A stretch of DNA of 64,000 nucleotides from Candidatus Aegiribacteria sp. (GCA_021108005.1 JAIORS010000076.1:8860-72859), one strand, 5' to 3'. Shown: positions 1 to 9,450, counted from the first letter of the stretch. Notes: generated by a model from the letters alone, not told the origin. Numbers and translations are program-made.

Positions 1-728
1 CCAACCGTGCATTTGGATTGGAATTCATGTCTATCGGTGGAAACTATAGCATTGGCTTCATAGACGGAGGCACAACAGACGCGCTCTACTTCGCGAGTCA
101 CACCGACCTGAACACCATGCTCTACGCTTCAGATTTGCATTCGAGCAATTCAAGCCCGTGGGGTACTACCGTGACACCGCCGAACATGACAAACACCGAC
201 TTTAGTAGTTCGAACCTTTTCAGAGGCCTATGGACCACATGGAGTTCCTATTCCAACCCAGCAGGAGACGATAGCAGGGGCATCACCAGAACCTCGGATG
301 ACTACCTGTGGCTGACAAGGACTACGGGAGCCTCGGGCTCCTACGACCAGTACCTTGGCCGCATGCAGAATGAGAACCCCGGAAGTATCGTATGGTACGA
401 CGCTAGTGCTGGATTAGGCGGAACACGACTTTTGAGCGGGCTCACCGACTTTACAAACTTCTCCGGCAACACAGTTCTTGCATACACCATCTACAACTCC
501 GGATGGGTGCGTTTCCAGGAGTACAACGGGTCGGGAATAAGCTTTCTAGGATACGCCGTCCTGCCTGTCTCCTCCGTAGACGGCTCTTACGGAATCTGCT
601 ACAACAGTATCCGCGATTCGTTCTACTGGTCCTACTATAAAGACTCACACTACTATGTGGTTGAGATGAGCATCGACGTTACAGCACTCTCCCGTTCCAC
701 ATGGGGACAGATTAAAACTTCGTTCTAG
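1..728 (+). CDS. Secreted or cell-surface protein, 5-prime partial, ending in TWGQIKTSF
   Basis: The frame of ORF 18..728 stays open back to nt 3. No signal peptide follows the TTG at 18, so the gene probably continues upstream of the window. The sequence is rich in S/T/Y/G/N. The last ~25 aa align with the C-terminus of the 19032..19871 protein. Confidence 0.5.
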   Translation, partial: NRAFGLEFMSIGGNYSIGFIDGGTTDALYFASHTDLNTMLYASDLHSSNSSPWGTTVTPPNMTNTDFSSSNLFRGLWTTWSSYSNPAGDDSRGITRTSDDYLWLTRTTGASGSYDQYLGRMQNENPGSIVWYDASAGLGGTRLLSGLTDFTNFSGNTVLAYTIYNSGWVRFQEYNGSGISFLGYAVLPVSSVDGSYGICYNSIRDSFYWSYYKDSHYYVVEMSIDVTALSRSTWGQIKTSF

Positions 729-738
729 GTTTTTGATA

Positions 739-768
739 TAAGGGAGCGCGCATTGGCGCGCTCCCTTA
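739..768. terminator. GC-rich hairpin between convergent genes
   Basis: Perfect stem GGGAGCGCGC / GCGCGCTCCC (742-751 / 756-765) with an ATTG loop, extended by flanking TAA/TTA pairs. It lies between the stops of the + gene (728) and the - gene (874). There is no clear U-tract. Confidence 0.5.
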
Positions 769-873
769 CAAAGAGTGTCATGTCCTGCATTTAAGCATTA
801 TTACCAAAACATACCATACATTTCAATACAAATGTGCATTATCAGAAATCTTCACTTATGTTCTGGATTCCCG

Positions 874-2940
874 CTATTCCTCTCTCAGCAACCCGAGAAT
901 GAAAGCGTATTCTTCCGCATAATCACGGAGCCAGCTGAATCGTCCCGAGGCGCCGCCGTGACCGGTTCCCATTTTCACACTGAGAAGGACTGGATCGAAA
1001 CCGGTATTCAGGTTTCTGATACCGGCTATCCATTTCGTCGGTTCCCAGTAACCAACCTGAGCATCGTTCACGCCTGTATAGACGTAGATGGCCGGGTAAT
1101 CAACAGCATCAAGGTTATCAACGGGCGAGTATGAGAGTATATACCAGTAAGCCTCCTCACTCTCCCCGGGATTCCCCCATTCGTCGTATTCGTTAGTTGT
1201 GAGGGGAATAGTCGGATCAAGCATTGTGGTCAGAGCGTCAACGAAGGGAACTCCCGCTACTACACCCCGCCATAGGTCCGGTCTGAGGTTGATTATTGCT
1301 CCCATAAGAAGGCCGCCGGCGCTTTCACCCATGGCGAATACTTTTTCAGTATCGCAATATCCCTCTTCGATTAGGTATTCCGCGCAGTCTATGAAATCGG
1401 TGAAGGTGTTCATCTTGTTCAGAACCCTTCCCTGGTTGTACCACCAGCGTCCCATTTCACTTCCACCTCTTACGTGGGCAATTGCGTAAACGAAACCTCT
1501 GTCAAGTAGAGAGAGCCTTGTAAAACTGAACATGGGGTCCAAACTGGAACCGTATGCTCCGTAGCCGTATATCAGGAGAGGATTCTCTCCTTCGTGGAAG
1601 AGGTCGGTCCTGTATACAAGGCTGATGGGAATCAGTGTACCGTCTTCCGCAGGGGCCATTATCCTGTGAGATTCATACAATGACCTGTCGAAATGTTCTC
1701 CAACATCTTCCATCTTCAGTACACGCATTGTGTCGGCGCCTACATCGTAGGCTATGGTTGACCAGGGAGTTGTCATGGATGAGTAGGCGAGCCTTACGGA
1801 GTCGGCCGAGCAATCGTAGTTATTGGATGTATAGATAATGGAAGCTTCATCTCCCAGATTAGCGTAGTGTCCTTCACCTGATTCTCTGTCAACGATGTAT
1901 AGTTTCTTAAGACCATCTGTTCTTACCGAAACGGCTAGAATATCATCGAAAATGTCAATTCCTTCTATCAGAACGCTATCGGAGTAAGGTACAATTGTCT
2001 CCCATTCGGGCATTGAAAACGATTCCGATGAAGCCTGCATAACCGAATAGTTTTCACCTTCAGCGTTGGTGAGGAAATAAAACGTGTTTCCGATGGGTTC
2101 AACGTAGTATTCAAACTCCTCCGTTCTGGGGTGTATCAACCGGAAAGAATCCATGGGGGTTGCCGCTGAAAGTATCCAGCATTCGGATTCAAGTTTACTT
2201 GAAGTTGATATACCCAGCCAGTTTCTGTCATAAGAATTCCATACTCCGGGCCAGAATGTGGGATCGTCCTCTCTGTACACGCATATCTCATCATCGCATC
2301 CGATTGTTCTTCGCATTATCCTGTCTGTTCTTCCCCTTGGGTCATTCAGACCGTAAAAGACCATTTTTGAATCAGTTGCCCATGCGATGTCACCGGAAGC
2401 ATTATGGATGTTATCCAGAATCTGACCTGTCCCTATATCCTGAAAAATAAGTGTATTCCAGTGTCCGCCGGTGGTATCGAATGCCCAGGCGAGCATTGAA
2501 TTGTCCGGACTTACGCTCATAGCTTCGACCTGGAAGTATTCCCTTCCTGCCGCATGGACATTTTCGTCCAGCAGTATTTCAGCTTCACCGTCGGGATGTT
2601 TTCTTCTCATATTCACACTGTACTCATCACCCTCGCGGTATTCGTACCAGTACCAGTAACCGTTGCTGAAGTAGGGAACCGAAGCGTCTTCCTCCGTTAT
2701 TCTCTCCCGCATTTCCATAATCAGCGTGTCAATCAACAGTGTACATCCACTCATCATGAAATCGGAATAGGCATTCTCCGCTTCAAGGTATTCACTGACT
2801 GCAGGATTTTCGATATCCCTCAGCCAGTAGTAGTTATCAATTCGGGTATGGCCGTGGGTCGTGATTTCATGGGGAATGATATCCGCTACAGGGGGCTGCA
2901 GCGAAAAAAGCATGAGCATAATGAGCTTTGCGGTTATCAT
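874..2940 (-). CDS. ptrB: Oligopeptidase B / prolyl oligopeptidase family serine protease (S9A), secreted
   Basis: N-terminal beta-propeller region plus a C-terminal alpha/beta hydrolase with the nucleophile motif GESAGGLLMG. I prefer the ATG at 2940 (MITAKLIMLMLF.., signal-like) because GGAGGT lies 4 nt upstream. The ORF track start at 2997 is less likely. Confidence 0.85.
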   Translation of the reverse strand: MITAKLIMLMLFSLQPPVADIIPHEITTHGHTRIDNYYWLRDIENPAVSEYLEAENAYSDFMMSGCTLLIDTLIMEMRERITEEDASVPYFSNGYWYWYEYREGDEYSVNMRRKHPDGEAEILLDENVHAAGREYFQVEAMSVSPDNSMLAWAFDTTGGHWNTLIFQDIGTGQILDNIHNASGDIAWATDSKMVFYGLNDPRGRTDRIMRRTIGCDDEICVYREDDPTFWPGVWNSYDRNWLGISTSSKLESECWILSAATPMDSFRLIHPRTEEFEYYVEPIGNTFYFLTNAEGENYSVMQASSESFSMPEWETIVPYSDSVLIEGIDIFDDILAVSVRTDGLKKLYIVDRESGEGHYANLGDEASIIYTSNNYDCSADSVRLAYSSMTTPWSTIAYDVGADTMRVLKMEDVGEHFDRSLYESHRIMAPAEDGTLIPISLVYRTDLFHEGENPLLIYGYGAYGSSLDPMFSFTRLSLLDRGFVYAIAHVRGGSEMGRWWYNQGRVLNKMNTFTDFIDCAEYLIEEGYCDTEKVFAMGESAGGLLMGAIINLRPDLWRGVVAGVPFVDALTTMLDPTIPLTTNEYDEWGNPGESEEAYWYILSYSPVDNLDAVDYPAIYVYTGVNDAQVGYWEPTKWIAGIRNLNTGFDPVLLSVKMGTGHGGASGRFSWLRDYAEEYAFILGLLREE

Positions 2941-3133
2941 GATTACCTCCGGAATATAAATGAACAGTATGGAGAGTCTACAAAGAATTATAATCACAAA
3001 TCAGTGATTTTCTATTTCTTTTCCTTAAGAGAACGATAATCAAGGTCTTACGATGAGGAAAGCAAGTTAATATATTAGCCTGTAAAGATATGATATTTGC
3101 TTCGGACACTACAGGATTCTGGAAGAGGTTGAT

Positions 3134-4372
3134 TTGAAAGAAAAGAAAAAGGGGAAGCGGGTTGTCATTTCCGCATCCGAGCGGTTGAGTATGCTTCCAC
3201 CGTACCTGTTCGCGGAGATAGACAGGCAGAAAGAAGCGGCTTTGAGGAAGGGTATGGAGCTTATCGATTTTGGTATCGGGGATCCGGATATGCCGACACC
3301 CTCCCACATAGTCCGTGAAGCGCGGGAAGCTGTTGCGGAACCGATCTACCACAGGTATCCAAAGGGAGCCGGAAGCGATTTCTTTCTGGATGCGGTGAAA
3401 AACTGGATGAGGGAACAGTTCGGAGTAACTATCGATGAAAGGCTGGATGTGGGAGCCGTCATCGGAACCAAGGAGGGCATCGCTCATGTTCCCATTTTCT
3501 TCTGCAATCCAGGTGATGTTGTTCTGATACCAAATCCGGGATATCCTGTATACAGGGCATCGGCAATACTGGCGGACGCGATTCCAGTTGACCTGCCGCT
3601 TCTCAGGGAGAATGGATTCGTTCCTGACCTTACATCTTTTGCCAGCGAAGTAATCGACAGCACCAGATTGATTTTCCTCAACTATCCCAATAATCCCACC
3701 GGAGCGGTTCTTACCCTTGATCAAATGAAGGAAATAGTTGAATGGGCAAGGCGTGAAGATGTACTTATTGTTAGTGACAATTCCTACAGCCATATAAGAT
3801 TTGACGGGAAGCCACCGGTATCGTTCCTTCAGATTCCGGGCTCCGAAGATGTCTGCCTTGAATTTCACAGTTTATCCAAAACGTTCAACATGACGGGATG
3901 GAGAGTCGGGTTCGTGGCGGGCGGCAGGAATCTTGTGAAGACTTTCATGAGTGCCAAGGAGAACATTGACTCGGGTGTATTCACAGCGGTTCAGAAGGCT
4001 GCTGAGAAAGCTCTTTACTCCAACACCTCCGGTTACTTCGGTATCTACAGCAGACGCAGGGAAGTTTTGGTGGCAGGGCTGAAGAAGCTTGACTGGGATG
4101 TCTGTGAATCTCCGGGAACATTTTACGTCTGGGTAAAACTCCCCAGGGGCACGCAATCCATGCGATTCACACGAAAGCTGATAACCCATACAGGTATCGT
4201 TGTTACACCCGGAAGCGGATTCGGAACGTACGGAGAAGAGTATGTCCGTTTTGCGCTTACGATACCTGAAGAACTCATACACCAGGCAATTGGAAGGCTT
4301 GAGCAGAAGGAGCTTTTCAGGCATAGAATAAAGGCTTGGCTTAAAAGGGAGTCGAATGAAGGGCAGGCTTGA
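3134..4372 (+). CDS. dapL: Class I/II PLP aminotransferase, LL-diaminopimelate aminotransferase-like
   Basis: N-terminal LPPYLFAEID...IDFGIGDPDMPTP, NPxNPTG (YPNNPTG) and PLP-lysine motif SLSKTFNMTGWRVG. TTG start. Confidence 0.65.
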   Translation: MKEKKKGKRVVISASERLSMLPPYLFAEIDRQKEAALRKGMELIDFGIGDPDMPTPSHIVREAREAVAEPIYHRYPKGAGSDFFLDAVKNWMREQFGVTIDERLDVGAVIGTKEGIAHVPIFFCNPGDVVLIPNPGYPVYRASAILADAIPVDLPLLRENGFVPDLTSFASEVIDSTRLIFLNYPNNPTGAVLTLDQMKEIVEWARREDVLIVSDNSYSHIRFDGKPPVSFLQIPGSEDVCLEFHSLSKTFNMTGWRVGFVAGGRNLVKTFMSAKENIDSGVFTAVQKAAEKALYSNTSGYFGIYSRRREVLVAGLKKLDWDVCESPGTFYVWVKLPRGTQSMRFTRKLITHTGIVVTPGSGFGTYGEEYVRFALTIPEELIHQAIGRLEQKELFRHRIKAWLKRESNEGQA

Positions 4373-4697
4373 TCTGAAAAATATCATCCTCCGGGTGAAA
4401 CTGGGAAGGGAACTCCATGAGAAGATATCCTCCAGGGATGTTCCCGTAACCGCGGTCTGGACGGGTGAGGTTGCCGGAAGCCTGTCGATTGATTACTCTG
4501 ATGTATGCGACGCTCTTGCAGGATTCGAGGAAAGCGAATACGATTACATTGAAGAACTGACCTCTGATATATTGAACCTGCTTCGAAAGAAGTTTCCAGA
4601 TGGTTTCTGGGAAGTAACCGTCACAAAGTCTTTCCCGCCGGTTTCCCTGAAGCTTGAATCTGCTTCATTTACCATTGGGGGAGGTGAAAATGGCTGA
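4356..4697 (+). CDS. folB: Dihydroneopterin aldolase-like protein
   Basis: 113 aa, matching FolB in size and pattern (IDYSDV..., ..IEELTSDI.. then a beta-strand tail). It overlaps folK by 8 nt. The assignment is helped by the folK neighbour. Confidence 0.55.
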   Translation: MKGRLDLKNIILRVKLGRELHEKISSRDVPVTAVWTGEVAGSLSIDYSDVCDALAGFEESEYDYIEELTSDILNLLRKKFPDGFWEVTVTKSFPPVSLKLESASFTIGGGENG

Positions 4698-5211
4698 ATT
4701 TGCGCTTGGAATGGGCAGTAATCTGGAGGACAGGGTAAAGAATATTATTGAAGGCATCCGCTTTCTTCTTTCCCGTTCAAAGATGGGATCATTCTGCCTT
4801 TCAGGTGTTTACGAAACACCTCCACTTGAAGGGGTTGAAGGTGACAGCTTTTTAAATTGCGTCCTTGCGGGAAACTTTTATGGAACTGTGGAAGAACTGC
4901 AGAGAGATTGCAGAGGGGCTGAGATCCTGATGGGTTCTATGGTAAGGAAGAACAACGCCTCCAGAACGCTTGATATTGATCTGCTTTTCTTCGATAACAT
5001 CACCCGAAACGATAAGGATCTCATTCTACCCCATCCGGGATTGCATAAAAGGAAATTCGTACTCGAACCCCTTTCAGAAGTCTGGCATAAAAATATTCCC
5101 GGGATGAAAGCTACGCCCGAGGAACTTTTGAAGAATTGCTCCGATACAAGCAGGATATTCAGTATCTACGATATGCCTGACAGAGGCTGCTTCTGGGAGG
5201 TGCACAGCTGA
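4690..5211 (+). CDS. folK: 2-amino-4-hydroxy-6-hydroxymethyldihydropteridine pyrophosphokinase (HPPK)
   Basis: Motifs GSNLEDR, RTLDIDLLFFD and LILPHPGLHKRKFVLEPL. The ATG at 4690 is preceded by GGAGGTG. Confidence 0.9.
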   Translation: MAEFALGMGSNLEDRVKNIIEGIRFLLSRSKMGSFCLSGVYETPPLEGVEGDSFLNCVLAGNFYGTVEELQRDCRGAEILMGSMVRKNNASRTLDIDLLFFDNITRNDKDLILPHPGLHKRKFVLEPLSEVWHKNIPGMKATPEELLKNCSDTSRIFSIYDMPDRGCFWEVHS

Positions 5212-5858
5212 CGGCTGATTTTGGATACGTAGTTGTTGAAGGTCCCATAGGAGTAGGCAAAACGACAGTATGCAACCTGCTGGCATCCCAATGGAAAGCC
5301 GTGACAATTCTTGAGGAAGTGGAAGAGAATCCATTTCTTTCACGGTTCTACAGGAACAGGAAAGCCTGGGCGTTTCAGACCCAGCTGTTCTTTATGCTGA
5401 GCCGTTACGGACAGCAGAAGAAACTGGCCCAGCTTGATCTCTTCAGTAAAAAATTCGTTGCCGACTACATGTTCGCGAAGGATAGAATATTCGCTTCCAT
5501 AAATCTCCAGGATGATGAATTCGTACTTTACGAAAAATTGTGTTCATTGCTGGCAGCTGATATTCCTCAACCTGATCTAGTGATATACCTTCAGGGTTCC
5601 TGCGATTCCCTTCTTAAAAGAATTTCCAGCCGCGGAAGATCCTTTGAGAGTGACATAAGCCGCTCCTATCTTGAAAAGCTGACCGATGCTTACAATGATT
5701 ATTTCTTCAGGGCTAGAAAGCACCCGACGCTTGTAGTGAACACGGATCATGCCGATTTCAGACATAAAGGTGAGGATTTTAACCGTCTGGTTGAGGCCAT
5801 TGGAAACCATACGGGCGGTGTTGAAAGCTTTGTTCCAAGACTTGGCGGGCGAAGATGA
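5208..5858 (+). CDS. Deoxynucleoside kinase (dCK/dGK family)
   Basis: The Walker A motif EGPIGVGKTT is encoded at 5238-5267, upstream of the ORF-track GTG at 5301. The frame opens at 5181 and has no ATG/GTG/TTG before the P-loop. CTG at 5208 is preceded by GGGAGGTG with a 5-nt spacer. See finding. Confidence 0.75.
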   Translation: MTADFGYVVVEGPIGVGKTTVCNLLASQWKAVTILEEVEENPFLSRFYRNRKAWAFQTQLFFMLSRYGQQKKLAQLDLFSKKFVADYMFAKDRIFASINLQDDEFVLYEKLCSLLAADIPQPDLVIYLQGSCDSLLKRISSRGRSFESDISRSYLEKLTDAYNDYFFRARKHPTLVVNTDHADFRHKGEDFNRLVEAIGNHTGGVESFVPRLGGRR

Positions 5859-6712
5859 ACTGCGTTTCGGTACTGAAAACGGCGAATCAGGTGGGGAAGC
5901 TTGTATGCGAGTGGCGAAAAGCGGGGATGACAATCGGATTTGTCCCCACGATGGGAGCGCTGCACAAAGGTCATCTCAGTCTTGTCTCGCTTGCTCTTGA
6001 AAAAGCTGACAGAGTGATAGTATCGATATTCGTTAACCCTTCACAGTTCGGGCCCGGAGAAGATCTCGAATCTTACCCGAGAACGTTTAATGAAGACTTG
6101 ATGAAACTGGAAGAAGCGGGTGCGCACTGTGTATTTTTTCCATCGGTCGAAGAAATCTATCCTGATGGGTTTTCAACCTTCATTCACATTTCCGGCCTTA
6201 CCGAAACCCTTTGTGGAAAATACAGGCCGGAGCATTTTGATGGGGTCGCAACTGTTTGCGCGGTTCTGTTCGGAATTGTGCGTCCCGATATCGCCGTCTT
6301 CGGGAAGAAGGACGCTCAGCAGCTGGCGGTTATTAAAAAAATGGTAAACGATCTAAGGATGGAAGTTGATATCTTTGGCGGGGATATCTTCAGAGAACCC
6401 GATGGCCTGGCGATGAGTTCGAGGAATTCTTATCTCATTCCGGAGGAGAGGAAGCAGGCGGCCGCGATATTCAAAGGATTATCGAGGGCTGTCGAACTGG
6501 TTTCAGAGGGTGAGAAGAACGTAGAGCGGATATGTAACGCGGTTCGGAAAATCGTTTATCGTGAGGCTCCTCTGGCTGAAATTCAATATCTGGAAGTAGT
6601 AGATTCGGGCACGATGGAGGTTCTTTGCGACCTGACCATCCCCGGTCTTCTTGCCATTGCTGTATATTTCACCCATACACGACTGATAGATAACGTGATC
6701 CTGAACCCCTGA
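5855..6712 (+). CDS. panC: Pantoate--beta-alanine ligase
   Basis: GFVPTMGALHKGHLSL (HIGH-like) motif and full-length PanC pattern. ATGA overlap with the upstream gene. Confidence 0.95.
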   Translation: MNCVSVLKTANQVGKLVCEWRKAGMTIGFVPTMGALHKGHLSLVSLALEKADRVIVSIFVNPSQFGPGEDLESYPRTFNEDLMKLEEAGAHCVFFPSVEEIYPDGFSTFIHISGLTETLCGKYRPEHFDGVATVCAVLFGIVRPDIAVFGKKDAQQLAVIKKMVNDLRMEVDIFGGDIFREPDGLAMSSRNSYLIPEERKQAAAIFKGLSRAVELVSEGEKNVERICNAVRKIVYREAPLAEIQYLEVVDSGTMEVLCDLTIPGLLAIAVYFTHTRLIDNVILNP

Positions 6713-6735
6713 GGGTTCTTGAAGGAGGATATATT

Positions 6736-7095
6736 TTGCATAGGTGCTTTCTAGGCGCGAAGTTACACAGAATGGTAATAACGGAGGCCGATCTCAATTA
6801 TGTTGGCTCGATAACCATTGACAGTGATCTTCTTGATATGTCCGGCATCCTTCCAGGCGAAAGAGTGATGGTGGCTGACATAGAGAGCGGTGCGAGATTT
6901 GAGACTTACGTAATGGAGGGCAGGAAGGGAAGCGGAGTAATCTGTGTTAACGGCGCGGCTGCAAGACTGGTTCATACCGGTGACAGGGCGATTATTCTGC
7001 AGTACGTGTGGCTGGATAATGCCGAAGCTCCACCGAAAGCAAGAGTAGTGGTTGCGGACGATAGAAATCTCAGCCCATCATTGCTTGATACATGA
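6736..7095 (+). CDS. panD: Aspartate 1-decarboxylase
   Basis: KLHRMVITEADLNYVGSITID, including the self-processing G-S site. 119 aa. TTG start. Confidence 0.95.
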   Translation: MHRCFLGAKLHRMVITEADLNYVGSITIDSDLLDMSGILPGERVMVADIESGARFETYVMEGRKGSGVICVNGAAARLVHTGDRAIILQYVWLDNAEAPPKARVVVADDRNLSPSLLDT

Positions 7096-8048
7096 CAGCC
7101 TGCATCATTCTTGCCGCCGGCCAGGGAAAGAGGATGAAATCACCTCTTCCAAAGGTTGCCCATCCCGTTCTCGGTGTGCCTATGGTCTTAAGAGTGGTGA
7201 AGCAAGCTTTTAAAGCTGGTCTTGACAGCCCGGTTGTTGTTGTAGGCCACGGCAAAGAGAGTGTAATTCCACTTCTGGAGGAAGCGGGAGCTTCGTGGGC
7301 AGTTCAGGCTGAACAGCTGGGAACGGCACATGCCCTTTCGTGTGGTTTTAAAGACATGACGTCTGGAAGCGTAACTGTCCTTCTTGGTGATGTACCACTT
7401 ATAAAAAGCAGTACTATTTCTGAGCTTGAGGAGGCTCGCAGGAAGGCAGGAGCGGCGATAGCTGTGCTTTCAACATTCCCGCCGGATCCTTCAGGATACG
7501 GAAGGATAGTACGGGACGGTGACATGCTCTCGGCAATAGTGGAAGACAGAGACTGCACGCCACGGCAACTGAAAACAGGTGAGATTAATACAGGCCTCAT
7601 GTCATTTGATGGACGCGTCCTTTCCGAATTGTTGAGGAAGATCAAGACCGATAACGACCAGGGAGAATATTACCTGACCGATGCCGTTTCCATTGCCGTA
7701 AGCATGGGAATGCCGTGTATCGCGGTAGTCGCCGGGGATTACAGAGAAGTTTCAGGTGTGAATGATCGTATACAGCTTGCCTGCGCAACCGACAATCTCA
7801 GGAGACAGGTTCTTGAAGCTCAAATGACCAGCGGTGTTAATATCCCGGACCCCGGAGGGGTGTGGATAGAGGATTCTGTTGAGATAGGCACCGGAGTTTC
7901 AATTGGAAGATCGGCAAGATTATCCGGCGAAACGGTCATCGGCGATAACTGCATTGTAGGCGATGGGAGTGTTCTTATAGACACTGCAGTACCTTCCGGC
8001 ACTATCATCGAACCCTATTCTGTCATGGGATGGAGAGGAACACTGTGA
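7092..8048 (+). CDS. GlmU-like sugar-1-phosphate nucleotidyltransferase with a shortened left-handed beta-helix tail
   Basis: N-terminal ILAAGQGKRMKSPLPKVAHPVLG and a GlmU-like pyrophosphorylase core. Only a short hexapeptide-repeat region follows (VEIGTGVSIGRSARLSGETVIGDNCIVGDGSVLID). 318 aa. Confidence 0.7.
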   Translation: MTACIILAAGQGKRMKSPLPKVAHPVLGVPMVLRVVKQAFKAGLDSPVVVVGHGKESVIPLLEEAGASWAVQAEQLGTAHALSCGFKDMTSGSVTVLLGDVPLIKSSTISELEEARRKAGAAIAVLSTFPPDPSGYGRIVRDGDMLSAIVEDRDCTPRQLKTGEINTGLMSFDGRVLSELLRKIKTDNDQGEYYLTDAVSIAVSMGMPCIAVVAGDYREVSGVNDRIQLACATDNLRRQVLEAQMTSGVNIPDPGGVWIEDSVEIGTGVSIGRSARLSGETVIGDNCIVGDGSVLIDTAVPSGTIIEPYSVMGWRGTL

Positions 8049-8545
8049 AACACCTCGCTGCTCCCTGGAGAAGCGCATATGTGACTAATTCCAAACCTGA
8101 AGACGGATGCGTTCTGTGCAGAATAGGCAGCGAGATGGATAAGGACAGTGAGAATTATGTACTCCACCGTGAGGGTGGTTTTTTTATTGTGCTGAACAGA
8201 TATCCGTACATCAATGGTCATCTAATGATCGTTCCTCTCAGGCATGCGAATGATTTCGCTGACCTGAACAGCTCGGAACTTGACACTATGATCAGGCTTG
8301 TGGTGAAGTGCGAAAAGGCGCTGGCGGAAGGCATGAACTGCATGGGAATGAATGGAGGGTGGAATCTTGGCAGCTGTGCCGGGGCCGGAATTGAGGGGCA
8401 TGTGCATATGCACATGCTTCCAAGATGGTCCGGCGATACGAACTTCATGGCCACCACTGGTGATACAAGGGTGATCTCTGCTTCCCTGGAGGACAGTTAT
8501 AGCAGGCTTCAGCCACTATTCAGCGGCGAGGAGAACTTAAGATAA
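8030..8545 (+). CDS. HIT family hydrolase/transferase (Ap4A phosphorylase / GalT-like branch)
   Basis: Histidine triad GHVHMHMLPRW and LNRYPYINGHLMIVP. Confidence 0.8.
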   Translation: MERNTVKHLAAPWRSAYVTNSKPEDGCVLCRIGSEMDKDSENYVLHREGGFFIVLNRYPYINGHLMIVPLRHANDFADLNSSELDTMIRLVVKCEKALAEGMNCMGMNGGWNLGSCAGAGIEGHVHMHMLPRWSGDTNFMATTGDTRVISASLEDSYSRLQPLFSGEENLR

Positions 8546-9042
8546 TGATAGCAGGCAGAGGTTTTCCATGGAGATGGGTAATAGCAAGCCTGGCGGTTGC
8601 CGTCATTGTAATGACCATACTCGTACCACCTCCCGGAACGGTTCAGGATGTTCAGAATGCCGACGAGACGGTTGAAACAGGCTTCACGGAGGAGAACGAA
8701 CCGGCCATTGAAGTCTGCGTTCCTGATACGATTCGGGTTATGGTTCTTAACGGAACATCGATTGACGGACTGGCTACTCGAACACAGCGACAGCTACTCG
8801 GCTCCTCTTCCGATTCAACGATCATCCTTGCTCCTTTTGACCCATCGAATACCGATATAAAACCATTCAAAGAGACTATCATCATATCCCATCTTGCCGA
8901 TTTGTCGGCAGCGAGAATAATCACTGATATCCTTGGCAGGTCGGAAAACTGCATTGTATGGGAGGTCCCTGAGGGGGATGCTCCCGTTTTTATAGATGTT
9001 ACCGTTTGTCTTGGTGAGAATGAGGATTTTCCCATTGAATAA
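8545..9042 (+). CDS. LytR_C domain membrane-anchored protein
   Basis: An N-terminal TM helix followed by IRVMVLNGTSIDGLATRTQRQL, the typical LytR cell-envelope C-terminal domain pattern. Confidence 0.65.
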   Translation: MIAGRGFPWRWVIASLAVAVIVMTILVPPPGTVQDVQNADETVETGFTEENEPAIEVCVPDTIRVMVLNGTSIDGLATRTQRQLLGSSSDSTIILAPFDPSNTDIKPFKETIIISHLADLSAARIITDILGRSENCIVWEVPEGDAPVFIDVTVCLGENEDFPIE

Positions 9043-9069
9043 TTCCCACGAGCACTATGGAGGTGTTTT

Positions 9070-9450
9070 TTGTCCGAAAGCATTCTAGAGACTTTTGTAG
9101 AAGCTATTCACCAGCGTCACGGTTACAAGGTTGTAGCCCTGGACATGAGCGATGTACCACTCACGATGGAAGCTTTTATTCTTGCAACCGCTGAGAACAG
9201 GATACAGGCAAGGGCGATTGTTGATCATATAGAAGAAACGGCAAGGAAAACTGGCTTCAGAAAGCACCATATTGAGGGTTACGATGAAGGCAGCTGGATA
9301 CTTGTAGATTACGTTGATCTGGTAATTCACATATTCCTTCCCGAAATCAGGGAATACTACAATCTTGAAATGCTCTGGAGCGATGTCCCAACTATTGAAT
9401 ACAATGATACGGAGGAACCGCCGGATGACTCCAGCCGCTCTGAGGACTGA
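9070..9450 (+). CDS. rsfS: Ribosome silencing factor RsfS (iojap)
   Basis: VALDMSDV...FILATAENRIQARAIVDHIEE...WILVDYVDLVIHIFLPEIREYYNLEMLW. Confidence 0.9.
   Translation: MSESILETFVEAIHQRHGYKVVALDMSDVPLTMEAFILATAENRIQARAIVDHIEETARKTGFRKHHIEGYDEGSWILVDYVDLVIHIFLPEIREYYNLEMLWSDVPTIEYNDTEEPPDDSSRSED

Noticed and set aside
9365-9424. Upstream extension of argS (MKCSGAMSQLLNTMIRRNRR) from the ORF track
   Set aside because: It lies inside the conserved C-terminus of rsfS. ArgRS homology begins at the ATG at 9425 (MTPAALRTELERIL..).
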